Source: a virus
Taxonomy: Duplodnaviria > Caudoviricetes
Length of the DNA stretch: 62,154 nucleotides
IMG/VR virus record: IMGVR_UViG_3300008110_000717
Location: 1 to 62,154 of that record
Reading direction: 5' to 3' (one strand)
The notes under the pieces were generated by a model that saw only the letters and a program-made list of their open reading frames with translations, was not told the origin of the DNA and made no database searches. The position numbers and the translations under genes were made by a program. Shown here piece after piece: positions 28,317-36,122 of the stretch; the stretch's first letter is position 1, and the number at the start of each line of letters is the position of its first letter.

Positions 28317-29266
28317 TACGTACCGCCCCCTATGAACATCTGACGCGGCACGAATCTAACCGCTGCACGTTCTTGATCCTCATTGGCTGCTGTCTGCCAA
28401 GCTTCGTCGTACTGTTGTTTCAGTATTTCTAACCGCGAGATACCTTCTGGAATTTTAAGTGCTATGTAATACGCCAAGCCTGCTACCAAGCAAGGCATAA
28501 ACCTAAACGGCACATCCATAGTCTTGGTACCACCCGCGCCTGCATCCTGAATACGGCGCATGCGCCAGTAAACAAACTGATACGTATACGCAGAATCTGG
28601 CGTAGGCCAGACAGTTATGCTTTGTTTCTGTACGTACTTAATAGTGTCGCCTGCCGAATGCCCTGCTGCCGTAGTGCCGTCTTGTGCTCGAACGCAGTTT
28701 AAAAGGTAGGCTGGAGTAGCTCCGCTGGCTGCTTGCACTTCGTTAAACACAATTAATTCGGCACCAATTTGCACAAAGCCTGCGTTGGGGACGCCTGCCA
28801 AACTAGAAATTGGAATGCTTGTGGCCGCAGAAGTTATATTAGCCGCTACTGTTCCTGCTAGTGTTGAAACCCCGCCTGTCAATCGCTGCACCCAAACTTG
28901 GATTGGACGGCCTTGAGTTAACTTATTTGGGATCGTGGCATACGTAGGCATGCTGATCCGGGTAATCGTTAAATCCGCTTGGTTATTGGGGACGTTGGCA
29001 TTAGTACGAATAACATGATCGAGTAAATCAACAGTATCGTCAGGAAGTGCATAAGTTGGTTGCCCCTGTACTAAAGTAATGGTGTTCTGTTCGAACGTCC
29101 ACATGTTGACGCCACGATTAGCCCAATCCGCAAACAGCAAGTTCATCGACCTACGGGCTGTACGCAAATGGTAGCCAGTGCGCAGCTCTCCCCCAGCACG
29201 TTCGAAAGCTTCTTCTACGTACTCGTTGAGGTCAAGATTAAACGAAGCTGTTCCTGATGTGGTCAT
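28316..29266 (-). CDS. Tail tubular A / adaptor-like protein with an inserted beta domain
   Basis: VEEAFERAG..ARRSMNLLFADWANRG, WPTPD, PCLVAGLAYY. Confidence 0.65.
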   Translation of the reverse strand: MTTSGTASFNLDLNEYVEEAFERAGGELRTGYHLRTARRSMNLLFADWANRGVNMWTFEQNTITLVQGQPTYALPDDTVDLLDHVIRTNANVPNNQADLTITRISMPTYATIPNKLTQGRPIQVWVQRLTGGVSTLAGTVAANITSAATSIPISSLAGVPNAGFVQIGAELIVFNEVQAASGATPAYLLNCVRAQDGTTAAGHSAGDTIKYVQKQSITVWPTPDSAYTYQFVYWRMRRIQDAGAGGTKTMDVPFRFMPCLVAGLAYYIALKIPEGISRLEILKQQYDEAWQTAANEDQERAAVRFVPRQMFIGGGT

Positions 29267-29269
29267 CTG

Positions 29270-29503
29270 TTATCTAAACCCTGCGGTTTTCTTAGCTATG
29301 GTTTTAGGTTGTGCTACAAACTGCTTTCCTGCTGCTTTCCCTGCCCGCTTTGCCTTCGTAGTGGCAGCATACTCGGCTGGGCTTAACGCCTTGATCGCCT
29401 TTTCTGGGAGATACCGCTCTCCTGTCTTTGACGATGGCTTTCCGCTTTTGGTTCGCCATTTCTGATCCCCCCAAGCTTTCAAGCTTTGCTGTGGCGCTTT
29501 CAA
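29270..29503 (-). CDS. Small basic protein (DUF5872-like)
   Basis: WGDQKWRTKSGKPS..GERYLP. Confidence 0.6.
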   Translation of the reverse strand: MKAPQQSLKAWGDQKWRTKSGKPSSKTGERYLPEKAIKALSPAEYAATTKAKRAGKAAGKQFVAQPKTIAKKTAGFR

Positions 29504-29775
29504 TCTTTGTAGCCCCCGCCTGCTGCTTTGTACTTCTTAGCCACAAGCTGTGCTTTACGCGCTGACCATTGACCTGCACCGGTGCCATGAGTTGCTGCGG
29601 CTTTTACCTGAGAAACAATCTTCTTACGAAGACTAGGTTTCGTGTAATTACCTGCTGCATTAACCTTCCCACCTTCTTTATACTGAGTAAAGTCGGTGTC
29701 ATCCCGACGGGCTTTCTTCTTCCCGCCGGGCATTTTGGAAGGGTTAATTGCCCCCATACCACGCGAGGCTCTCAT
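29500..29775 (-). CDS. Small basic protein (DUF5872-like N-part)
   Basis: NYTKPSLRK..GQWSARKAQL..YKAAGGGY. Confidence 0.6.
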   Translation of the reverse strand: MRASRGMGAINPSKMPGGKKKARRDDTDFTQYKEGGKVNAAGNYTKPSLRKKIVSQVKAAATHGTGAGQWSARKAQLVAKKYKAAGGGYKD

Positions 29776-30005
29776 GCTCTAGTTTTCCCACGTTGGGCGA
29801 CACCGTCTGCACGTTGCGAAGCAGAACGTACCTTACCGCCTTTTTTTAAATGCGGAGGAGCTTTTGGAGTTACTCTACCCCCCGAAGTAACCGGTTCTGA
29901 TTTTGAGTACCTTTTTTCTTCTTTCTCGCGTTGGGTATCTTTAGGCTTACCCATATAAGGTAATTGTTCGATCTCAACCACTGGGTCTTTATTTCTATCC
30001 CCCAT
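29772..30005 (-). CDS. Small basic protein
   Basis: KKGGKVRSASQRADGVAQRGKTRA C-terminus; SD AGGAG. Confidence 0.55.
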   Translation of the reverse strand: MGDRNKDPVVEIEQLPYMGKPKDTQREKEEKRYSKSEPVTSGGRVTPKAPPHLKKGGKVRSASQRADGVAQRGKTRA

Positions 30006-30017
30006 AACAATCTCCTA

Positions 30018-30359
30018 TTAGCACTTACCGCCGTACTTCATGCCTTTGCTTGATCCAGCCATAGTAATCATCTTACCTTTGGTTTTGCCTTTTTCTGCAA
30101 TACCGTCACGGCTAGGAGCAGCAGTTTTAACTTTGCCCATTGCGGTCATGCCGCCAGCAGCCATTTTTTTCATAGGCTTGTCGCCTGCTTTTTTCTTCAT
30201 CATTGCCATGAAGCCGGGATTCATTTTCGAAGCCATACCACCTCCTGATTTAGTAAATTCTTTACCTACACTTGTAGGCACACCTACTTTTTTTGCAAAT
30301 TTAGGATTGTTAGCCACGGCTTGCATAAACCGTTCTTGCTTTGCACTAACTGTTGGCAT
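30018..30359 (-). CDS. Small basic protein
   Basis: MPTVSAKQERFMQAVA, MAAGG, RDGIAEKGKTKG, MKYGG. Confidence 0.6.
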   Translation of the reverse strand: MPTVSAKQERFMQAVANNPKFAKKVGVPTSVGKEFTKSGGGMASKMNPGFMAMMKKKAGDKPMKKMAAGGMTAMGKVKTAAPSRDGIAEKGKTKGKMITMAGSSKGMKYGGKC

Positions 30360-30598
30360 TAGCTAGTCATCTTTCCTGTAAAGAAACCAACGATAGCCGT
30401 GATAGCACTTATAGCTCCGCCTGCCATCATCAAGACTTTCCAACCGCCTTTAGCTTCAGAGAGTGTTTTGTTTATGCTTTCCAAAGACGCACGAATAGCT
30501 GCAATATCTTCCTTCATTGCATCCATATCATCTTGCAAATGCTTTATGTCGTTAGCATGCGTTGCAAGCTCTCTAGCAGTTTGTATCTCGTCTACCAT
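30359..30598 (-). CDS. Coiled-coil plus TM small protein (XhlA-like)
   Basis: Heptad region followed by GGWKVLMMAGG hydrophobic tail. Confidence 0.55.
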   Translation of the reverse strand: MVDEIQTARELATHANDIKHLQDDMDAMKEDIAAIRASLESINKTLSEAKGGWKVLMMAGGAISAITAIVGFFTGKMTS

Positions 30599-30599
30599 G

Positions 30600-30854
30600 T
30601 CAGCACTTCCACGCTCTCAATGATTTGTTAATGCGGCTGTTTGGGTCACTTGCGGTCTTTGACGAAGTTAACTTCTTCTTCACCCCTTCCATTCGGGCAC
30701 AGAATGATTTCTTCCGTGAACCACCTTCTGGTTGAGGGGCTTTCAAACCGGGTTTCCCCGGATTGGCTGCGTTGTAAGACGCCCGTCCTTTGGCGTTTAA
30801 GCCACCCTTTGGGTTCTTGCCTTCTTTCCTCTGCCATGCTGGTGATTTAGCCAT
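30600..30854 (-). CDS. Small basic protein (DUF6321-like)
   Basis: GKNPKGGLNAKGR..SFCARM..DPNSRINKSLRAWKC. Confidence 0.6.
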   Translation of the reverse strand: MAKSPAWQRKEGKNPKGGLNAKGRASYNAANPGKPGLKAPQPEGGSRKKSFCARMEGVKKKLTSSKTASDPNSRINKSLRAWKC

Positions 30855-30859
30855 AGTTA

Positions 30860-31528
30860 TTAAGGAGTAATAGTTGCACCATTAACAGCCAAAATTGCCC
30901 AAGCAGCGCCTGTGTATTGCAATGTCGCCGTGTCACCAATCGCGTTAAACGTAATTGATGCGTACCCCAAACGATTGGTTGGCGTTAATACCCCTGTATC
31001 TCCGCCAGCAGCTTCAGCTATATAAATGACTGTTTTAACTTGCCCCGTAGAACCATTAGCCAGTGTTAATGCGTTACCCGTAGCAGTACTCGTAAAGTTT
31101 GTTGTCAGCGTTGTTATATTAACTGCGCCGGGGCCGGATAAAGATTGAATACCTCCTGCCAAACCACCAGTCAACGTTGTTAGTCCTGTTACGCCAAACG
31201 TACCGGCAGCCGTAGTATCTCCAGTGGCTGCCGCGACATTAAACTTATTAGTTGATACCGAAAAGTCATCATCACAATCAAAAGTGCCTGCTGTAGCCGT
31301 ATCGCCTGTAGATGCAATAATTGCAAATTTGTTAGTTGCAACTACAAAATTTCCGCTTACGTTAGCGGTACCCGTAACAATAAGATTGCCAGTATCTACC
31401 GTACGCCCAAGGGTTAAATTGGCTACAGAAACTTTATCTGTAACCCCGCTTTGAACAATAGGAAGTACTTCGGTTCCGGCTAGTGGGGTAGCCGCTGCTG
31501 GTAAAGCAGAGATTTTTGCATTAGCCAT
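30860..31528 (-). CDS. Head/tail fibre-like structural protein
   Basis: KISALPAA..GTEVLPIVQSG N-terminal anchor, duplicated TNKF..A.TGDT..AGTF unit. Confidence 0.6.
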   Translation of the reverse strand: MANAKISALPAAATPLAGTEVLPIVQSGVTDKVSVANLTLGRTVDTGNLIVTGTANVSGNFVVATNKFAIIASTGDTATAGTFDCDDDFSVSTNKFNVAAATGDTTAAGTFGVTGLTTLTGGLAGGIQSLSGPGAVNITTLTTNFTSTATGNALTLANGSTGQVKTVIYIAEAAGGDTGVLTPTNRLGYASITFNAIGDTATLQYTGAAWAILAVNGATITP

Positions 31529-31805
31529 AGAACACCGTTATGCCAGTAATGTTAGTTAATGTTTTAACGTACACACTTGTACTAAAGCGAATACCTTCTC
31601 CGGGGATTGGCACATATACAGGGTTTTGTGTTGGTGTAGCTGCGGTAGTTAACTTCAAGAGCACAGCTCCAGAAGCGCCATCCGACAGCTCAAGAACGCC
31701 TGCACCGGACAAGTCCATGTAGACGCCCTTAACCCGCGTAGGAGCAGCATACGCATTGGCTGCTGCCCCTGTAGCATAAACACTCTTAACGTCTGTTTGC
31801 ATCAT
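31521..31805 (-). CDS. Small structural protein
   Basis: MQTDVKS, IPGEGIRF, ITVFYG; SD AGGAGG. Confidence 0.6.
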   Translation of the reverse strand: MMQTDVKSVYATGAAANAYAAPTRVKGVYMDLSGAGVLELSDGASGAVLLKLTTAATPTQNPVYVPIPGEGIRFSTSVYVKTLTNITGITVFYG

Positions 31806-31820
31806 GGTGATGCCTCCTTA

Positions 31821-32321
31821 TTAGACGTTTTGCTGACCAACCAGCGGATCGGTAACGTAGTACAGAACACGACCAGAAACAGTACCGCCAGTAGGCGCAT
31901 CGCCAGTATTAGCGCCGCCAGTGATATAGACCAACTCAGTAGCTGACATAATAGTGCCCAACGAAGTACCAGCACCACTGTCGCCCCATACAACTTGTTT
32001 CTTGCCAGCATCGGCAGCGTAGTTATCAATCAGTGCGGTTGGAGATGCTGTGCCAGTGGTATAGAGCGTAAAGCCCATGTCCATTGTTGGGGTTGTCCCA
32101 CCAGTGCCTAAAGCATTAAATTGGATAGCTGTAATTACCGCTCCAGCAGGAAGAATAAGCGCAGGTGCGCCAGCAGCCGAAGAAACTTTTGCGGTTGTGG
32201 TATTTACAAGTGTTGGGTCAAAATAAAATTCAGCAGCCATGACGCCAGAACCACAATAAGCAGTGCGAGTGTTGTCGCCGCCGCCCGAGCGCCAGATGCT
32301 TTGGGTAGTTGATAATGCCAT
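31821..32321 (-). CDS. Capsid-associated/decoration protein
   Basis: ILPAGAVI pattern; SD GAGGA supports the ATG at 32321. Confidence 0.55.
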   Translation of the reverse strand: MALSTTQSIWRSGGGDNTRTAYCGSGVMAAEFYFDPTLVNTTTAKVSSAAGAPALILPAGAVITAIQFNALGTGGTTPTMDMGFTLYTTGTASPTALIDNYAADAGKKQVVWGDSGAGTSLGTIMSATELVYITGGANTGDAPTGGTVSGRVLYYVTDPLVGQQNV

Positions 32322-32412
32322 TTGAGTTGTCCTCACATGCGAGTTAAGCGCAAACGATCTGCATGTCGTCAGGCGGGGGGCCTGTTCGTAAGCGCCGGGA
32401 AACCCCCGGATT
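32322..32412 (-). ncRNA. Putative structured (pseudoknotted) cis-regulatory leader
   Basis: Interleaved pairings 32348-57/32386-95 and 32335-40/32361-66, plus hairpins, abutting the SD. Confidence 0.4.
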
Positions 32413-32426
32413 TAATACTTTATATA

Positions 32427-32456
32427 GTAAAAAAGAGGGGCTGTAAAGCCCCTCTT
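32427..32456 (-). terminator. Intrinsic terminator after the major capsid gene
   Basis: AAGAGGGGCT-TTAC-AGCCCCTCTT followed by TTTT on the minus strand. Confidence 0.85.
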
Positions 32457-32460
32457 CTTA

Positions 32461-33375
32461 TTACGCGCCTTGTGAGCCGTACATGCCCAAAGGATCAGAC
32501 CAACCAAACGAATAACGCTCACGAGCCTTGTAACGTACGTTACCGGTATCGAAGTCGCCATCCATTGATTGCCCTAAAGGTGAACGGATAAAGTGCTTCA
32601 TGCCGTTTGGAACGTCAGTGGTCAGGAACCATGCGTTTGTGTCGGTCAAGAAGTGGTTAATCGCGTAGCCTTCTGGGATCGAGCCATTGTTCTTAATGGC
32701 GTTGATGTCATTGTCGTTAGTGCCGACACGCAGGCTGGTTTCCAACAGACGGGTTGCAACGAATTGCAGTGCTGGTGGGATAATCAGTTTACGTGGACGA
32801 GCAGCAATCAACAGACCGCGTTCATCAGTCCAAGCTGCAATTTGAATAACTGCGTTTTCCAACGAAGTTTCATTCAAGTCAGCAGGAGTTGATGGGATGT
32901 TGCTGTTGGTGCCACCAGAAACCAAAGGATGGCTAGCCGAGAACAGAGGTACACCGTCGCCGCCGTAGTATGCAGCGGAATTAGTGAAGCCGTTGTTCAG
33001 GATAGACGCACCTTTAACTTGCTTGGTGTAAGCCATCGAACGAGCCAGACCCTTGGTATAACGCTGTGACAGTGAGTCGTACAGGTTATCTTCAATCGCT
33101 TCTTCAGTGATTGAAAAGCCTTGGGCAATAGTCTCGTGGTTGTATCGTGCAGTCCAAGCTTCTTGCGCGTTGTCATAAGCAATTGCGCTACCCTCGTTTT
33201 TAACGGGAGCGGCACTAAAGCCAGACAGCTTGGTTTCTTCTTCAAACGAACGCTCGGAAGTCTCTGTTTCGTAGATTTCCTTGTGCTCTTCGCCGTAACG
33301 GGCATACTCCAGACCGAACAAGGCGTTCAGGCCGGGGAGCAGCTCTTTCAGTAGTTGTGCGCGTGAAATAGCCAT
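32461..33375 (-). CDS. Major capsid protein (Mu gpT-like family)
   Basis: MAISRAQLLKELLPGLNALFG, DGVPLFSASHP, PRKLIIPPAL, ERYSFGWSD; strong codon bias; followed by a terminator. Confidence 0.85.
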   Translation of the reverse strand: MAISRAQLLKELLPGLNALFGLEYARYGEEHKEIYETETSERSFEEETKLSGFSAAPVKNEGSAIAYDNAQEAWTARYNHETIAQGFSITEEAIEDNLYDSLSQRYTKGLARSMAYTKQVKGASILNNGFTNSAAYYGGDGVPLFSASHPLVSGGTNSNIPSTPADLNETSLENAVIQIAAWTDERGLLIAARPRKLIIPPALQFVATRLLETSLRVGTNDNDINAIKNNGSIPEGYAINHFLTDTNAWFLTTDVPNGMKHFIRSPLGQSMDGDFDTGNVRYKARERYSFGWSDPLGMYGSQGA

Positions 33376-33387
33376 TATTTAACTCCA

Positions 33388-34068
33388 TTAAACATTGAAC
33401 TGACCGTTCGGGTTTAGATACGAATGACCACCGTTATACGACACGACGTTCGGAGTGCCCGCAGCCAAAGTGATGTATGGCATATTCCATTTAACAATAA
33501 CTTCGCTGTAGTTACCAGACGAATTAGTTGTTTCATAAACGAGGCTAACGACACGCAAAGGCAGTGTAAATACAGTGCTGTCTGCTGCGTTGAACGCACC
33601 AATATTCGAATTACCCGAAATAGAGGTGTTTGTAGAAGGTTGCGAAATACCCATGTTGCTGCCAAGAATCGTGCCCGCAATCGGAGTAATGGTGGACGAA
33701 GTCGAACCACCAGTTACAGCAACCTTGAACAATTGGTCAGGATCATCAGCTACATAAGCCTCAATATCCGAAGCCACTACGCCGCCCGATGGGTACGATT
33801 GAGCGAACAGCTTCTGACCAGTCGAAGGATTGGTGTAAGTACAGCCAAGAAACACACCAACAACACCATTTGCGGAAACAGTAGACGTACCTGTTTCTTT
33901 AACAATAGTGCCGTCAGTGGTATTAAATTTGACTATGTCACCGTAAAAAATAGCGGTGCTGTAGCCACTTGCAATCGGGAGGTGCCGGTTTGCGCCAGCA
34001 AACACCTGACCGCCGATCAAATTGATCGGTATTAGCCCGTAGGGGGCGTTTACAGTCGGATAAGCCAT
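33388..34068 (-). CDS. Capsid stabilising/minor head protein
   Basis: APYGLIP, AIFYGDIV, GVFLGCTY, AYVADDP; immediately upstream of MCP. Confidence 0.6.
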   Translation of the reverse strand: MAYPTVNAPYGLIPINLIGGQVFAGANRHLPIASGYSTAIFYGDIVKFNTTDGTIVKETGTSTVSANGVVGVFLGCTYTNPSTGQKLFAQSYPSGGVVASDIEAYVADDPDQLFKVAVTGGSTSSTITPIAGTILGSNMGISQPSTNTSISGNSNIGAFNAADSTVFTLPLRVVSLVYETTNSSGNYSEVIVKWNMPYITLAAGTPNVVSYNGGHSYLNPNGQFNV

Positions 34069-34092
34069 GTTTACTCCTAGTTAATAAAGATA

Positions 34093-34527
34093 CTACTTGT
34101 TACCTTTACCAAACGATGTTGTAGACTTTCGTTCATTAAACAAAGGCATACGAGCATCACTTTGGCGCATTAAAGTATTGTCAACGGCTTCAATGTTGCT
34201 TTCTGACTGCCGCTGATAATGCTCATTACGTACAACAACTTTTTCTTCGGGCATTTTGCAAAGCATCAGCCCGCCATGTTCGACATTACCGTTAGCATTA
34301 GCCGGGAGCATTAGCTCCGGGTGATCTTCTGCCTTAACTGGCACCCAACCTTCACGCATACGCAGTGAATAATGTGGATTCGGATGTCCGTTAATGTGTG
34401 TTGCTACCCAACGGTACGACCAGCCCGGCTCAGGAGTCGGATCAGGTAATGCTGACGGTGGAACATATACAGCGCGTGAGAGGGTATCCCGTGATGCTAA
34501 ATCACGAGGGGTACGATTATTAGCCAT
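34093..34527 (-). CDS. Conserved head-module protein
   Basis: PGWSYRWV..REGWVPV..GGLMLCKMP; SD GGAG before ATG 34527. Confidence 0.6.
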   Translation of the reverse strand: MANNRTPRDLASRDTLSRAVYVPPSALPDPTPEPGWSYRWVATHINGHPNPHYSLRMREGWVPVKAEDHPELMLPANANGNVEHGGLMLCKMPEEKVVVRNEHYQRQSESNIEAVDNTLMRQSDARMPLFNERKSTTSFGKGNK

Positions 34528-35485
34528 TTTGTTTCTCCAATTTAGCAACTTCGGCAGCATACTGCTGCAAGGTCAATCCATACTTACGAGCTAGCTCCAT
34601 TTGTCTAGGCGTAAGCTGAATCTTCTTTGTTCCAGTCGAACGAGTCGCTGGCGCAACAATAGATGCAGGTTTGCTTCTCGAAGGTTCTGACGAAGAATCA
34701 CCGCTCGCGCCGAATAGTTCGGGGAACGTCTTTTTTAGGCGAGCGTCTATTTGCTCGAAATATGTGCCTGTGCGCGGGTCAACCCCTGCGTTGACTAGTT
34801 TGTGGTGCAGCCCTAGTGCGTAGCTGGTGTACTCTTCAAAACCCGGTTGCCCATACCACTGGTTTTTTGCCTGCCAGCGCAGGGTTCTTTCGTCGGCAAC
34901 TGGTTCGGGTTGTTGGTATTGCTGTAATTGTTGTCTTTGTACCGGTTCCTCATCTTCTTGTAAAGGGGTAGGCCGGTAGTTATGGACTTGTTGCAGCCGC
35001 ATTTTTGCATCAGTAAGGGCTTCTTGGGCAGCAATAATGGCATCAGTGTCAAATGACTCCTGCGCATCCTTTAATTGCCTCCGTGCAGCTTGAAGCTGTG
35101 CATCGGCGGAGTCTTTTGCCGAAGAAATAACGTATTCTTGGCCTGTATTGACGGTCTGCTTGAGCTTTTTGTTCTCATCCGCCATGTATTGGAGCAGTCG
35201 CTCCATCTCTTGTCTTTCCCGCAACAAGTTTTCTTTAGCTCTGCGCTCATCATGCCGCGCATGCGTCAGTTCTTTGATGCGAGCCTGTACTTTATCCGAG
35301 TAATTCTCGATCTCGTCGTCAGTTGGGTCAGCAATATCCTTGTCCAAAGGCTTACGGCCTCTGTCTTTTTCAGGGGTATCGTCAACTATTTCAACTTCAA
35401 CATCATCTGAAACGGCTATGACGCCATCGTCCTGTGAAGCTTTGACATCATCGTCTTGTTCATCAGGAAATTTATAATCACTCAT
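34520..35485 (-). CDS. Scaffolding-like protein
   Basis: Acidic N-terminus, coiled coil, C-terminal LTPRQMELARKYGLTLQQYA; lies between portal and MCP. Confidence 0.65.
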   Translation of the reverse strand: MSDYKFPDEQDDDVKASQDDGVIAVSDDVEVEIVDDTPEKDRGRKPLDKDIADPTDDEIENYSDKVQARIKELTHARHDERRAKENLLRERQEMERLLQYMADENKKLKQTVNTGQEYVISSAKDSADAQLQAARRQLKDAQESFDTDAIIAAQEALTDAKMRLQQVHNYRPTPLQEDEEPVQRQQLQQYQQPEPVADERTLRWQAKNQWYGQPGFEEYTSYALGLHHKLVNAGVDPRTGTYFEQIDARLKKTFPELFGASGDSSSEPSRSKPASIVAPATRSTGTKKIQLTPRQMELARKYGLTLQQYAAEVAKLEKQNG

Positions 35486-35497
35486 GTATATCTCCTA

Positions 35498-35926
35498 TTA
35501 AGCGCGGGTAATTCCGCGTGGGTCATCTACGACGGCATCAATCTGATCGTCGTTTAGCAGTCGGAACTCCCGACCGTAAATTTTGAACCTTGTGCCAGAA
35601 TATGCACGAGTCAAAACAAAATCGCCTTCTTTGCACCAAGGCACCCCATTAAATTTGGCTTCGTCTTTATATGCCAAAGGGCCAACTTTCAGCACAAACA
35701 GCACCGTTGTGGTGTGTTCTTCTGCCCTAATAAGTGCTTGTGCTTTGATAAGCTCGGAATTTTCAAACTTATCCGATACTTCAGGAACGCCGCAAAGAAT
35801 TTTCCACCCAGTAGGGTGTGGGAGCATGCGGCCACGTTCTTCAATAGAGATTTCCTCGTTGGGTTCGTCGAGCTGCTGAATTGGTTCCGGCATTTGAACC
35901 CCCGGAGGTAAAAGTAGATCGCTCAT
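35498..35926 (-). CDS. GroES-like co-chaperonin
   Basis: PTGWKIL..VLKVGP..KEGDFV..YSGT..FRLLNDDQIDAVV matches the Cpn10 pattern. Confidence 0.8.
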   Translation of the reverse strand: MSDLLLPPGVQMPEPIQQLDEPNEEISIEERGRMLPHPTGWKILCGVPEVSDKFENSELIKAQALIRAEEHTTTVLFVLKVGPLAYKDEAKFNGVPWCKEGDFVLTRAYSGTRFKIYGREFRLLNDDQIDAVVDDPRGITRA

Positions 35927-36122
35927 CGTCTTCGTCGCCTTTCTGTTGTGCTTCTACAAGGTCAAGTAAATGTCGCTCTGCAAGGGCAAGACCTTGTATA
36001 ACCCCACAGAGTTTTTGATACGTGGCGTAGTCACTACAGATGCCGCCTGCCATGTCATCTGTGTACTCGTTCATGTCTTTGCGTATTTTGTCGCGCAGTA
36101 CGCTTGCGAAGTTGTCCGTCAT
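35841..36122 (-). CDS. Small head-module hypothetical protein
   Basis: DYATYQKLCGVIQGL; overlaps the portal stop. Confidence 0.6.
   Translation of the reverse strand: MTDNFASVLRDKIRKDMNEYTDDMAGGICSDYATYQKLCGVIQGLALAERHLLDLVEAQQKGDEDDERSTFTSGGSNAGTNSAARRTQRGNLY

Noticed and set aside
32335-32373. Hammerhead ribozyme (CTGACGA core on the minus strand)
   Set aside because: The stem after CUGAnGA is followed by UGAG rather than the required GAAA.
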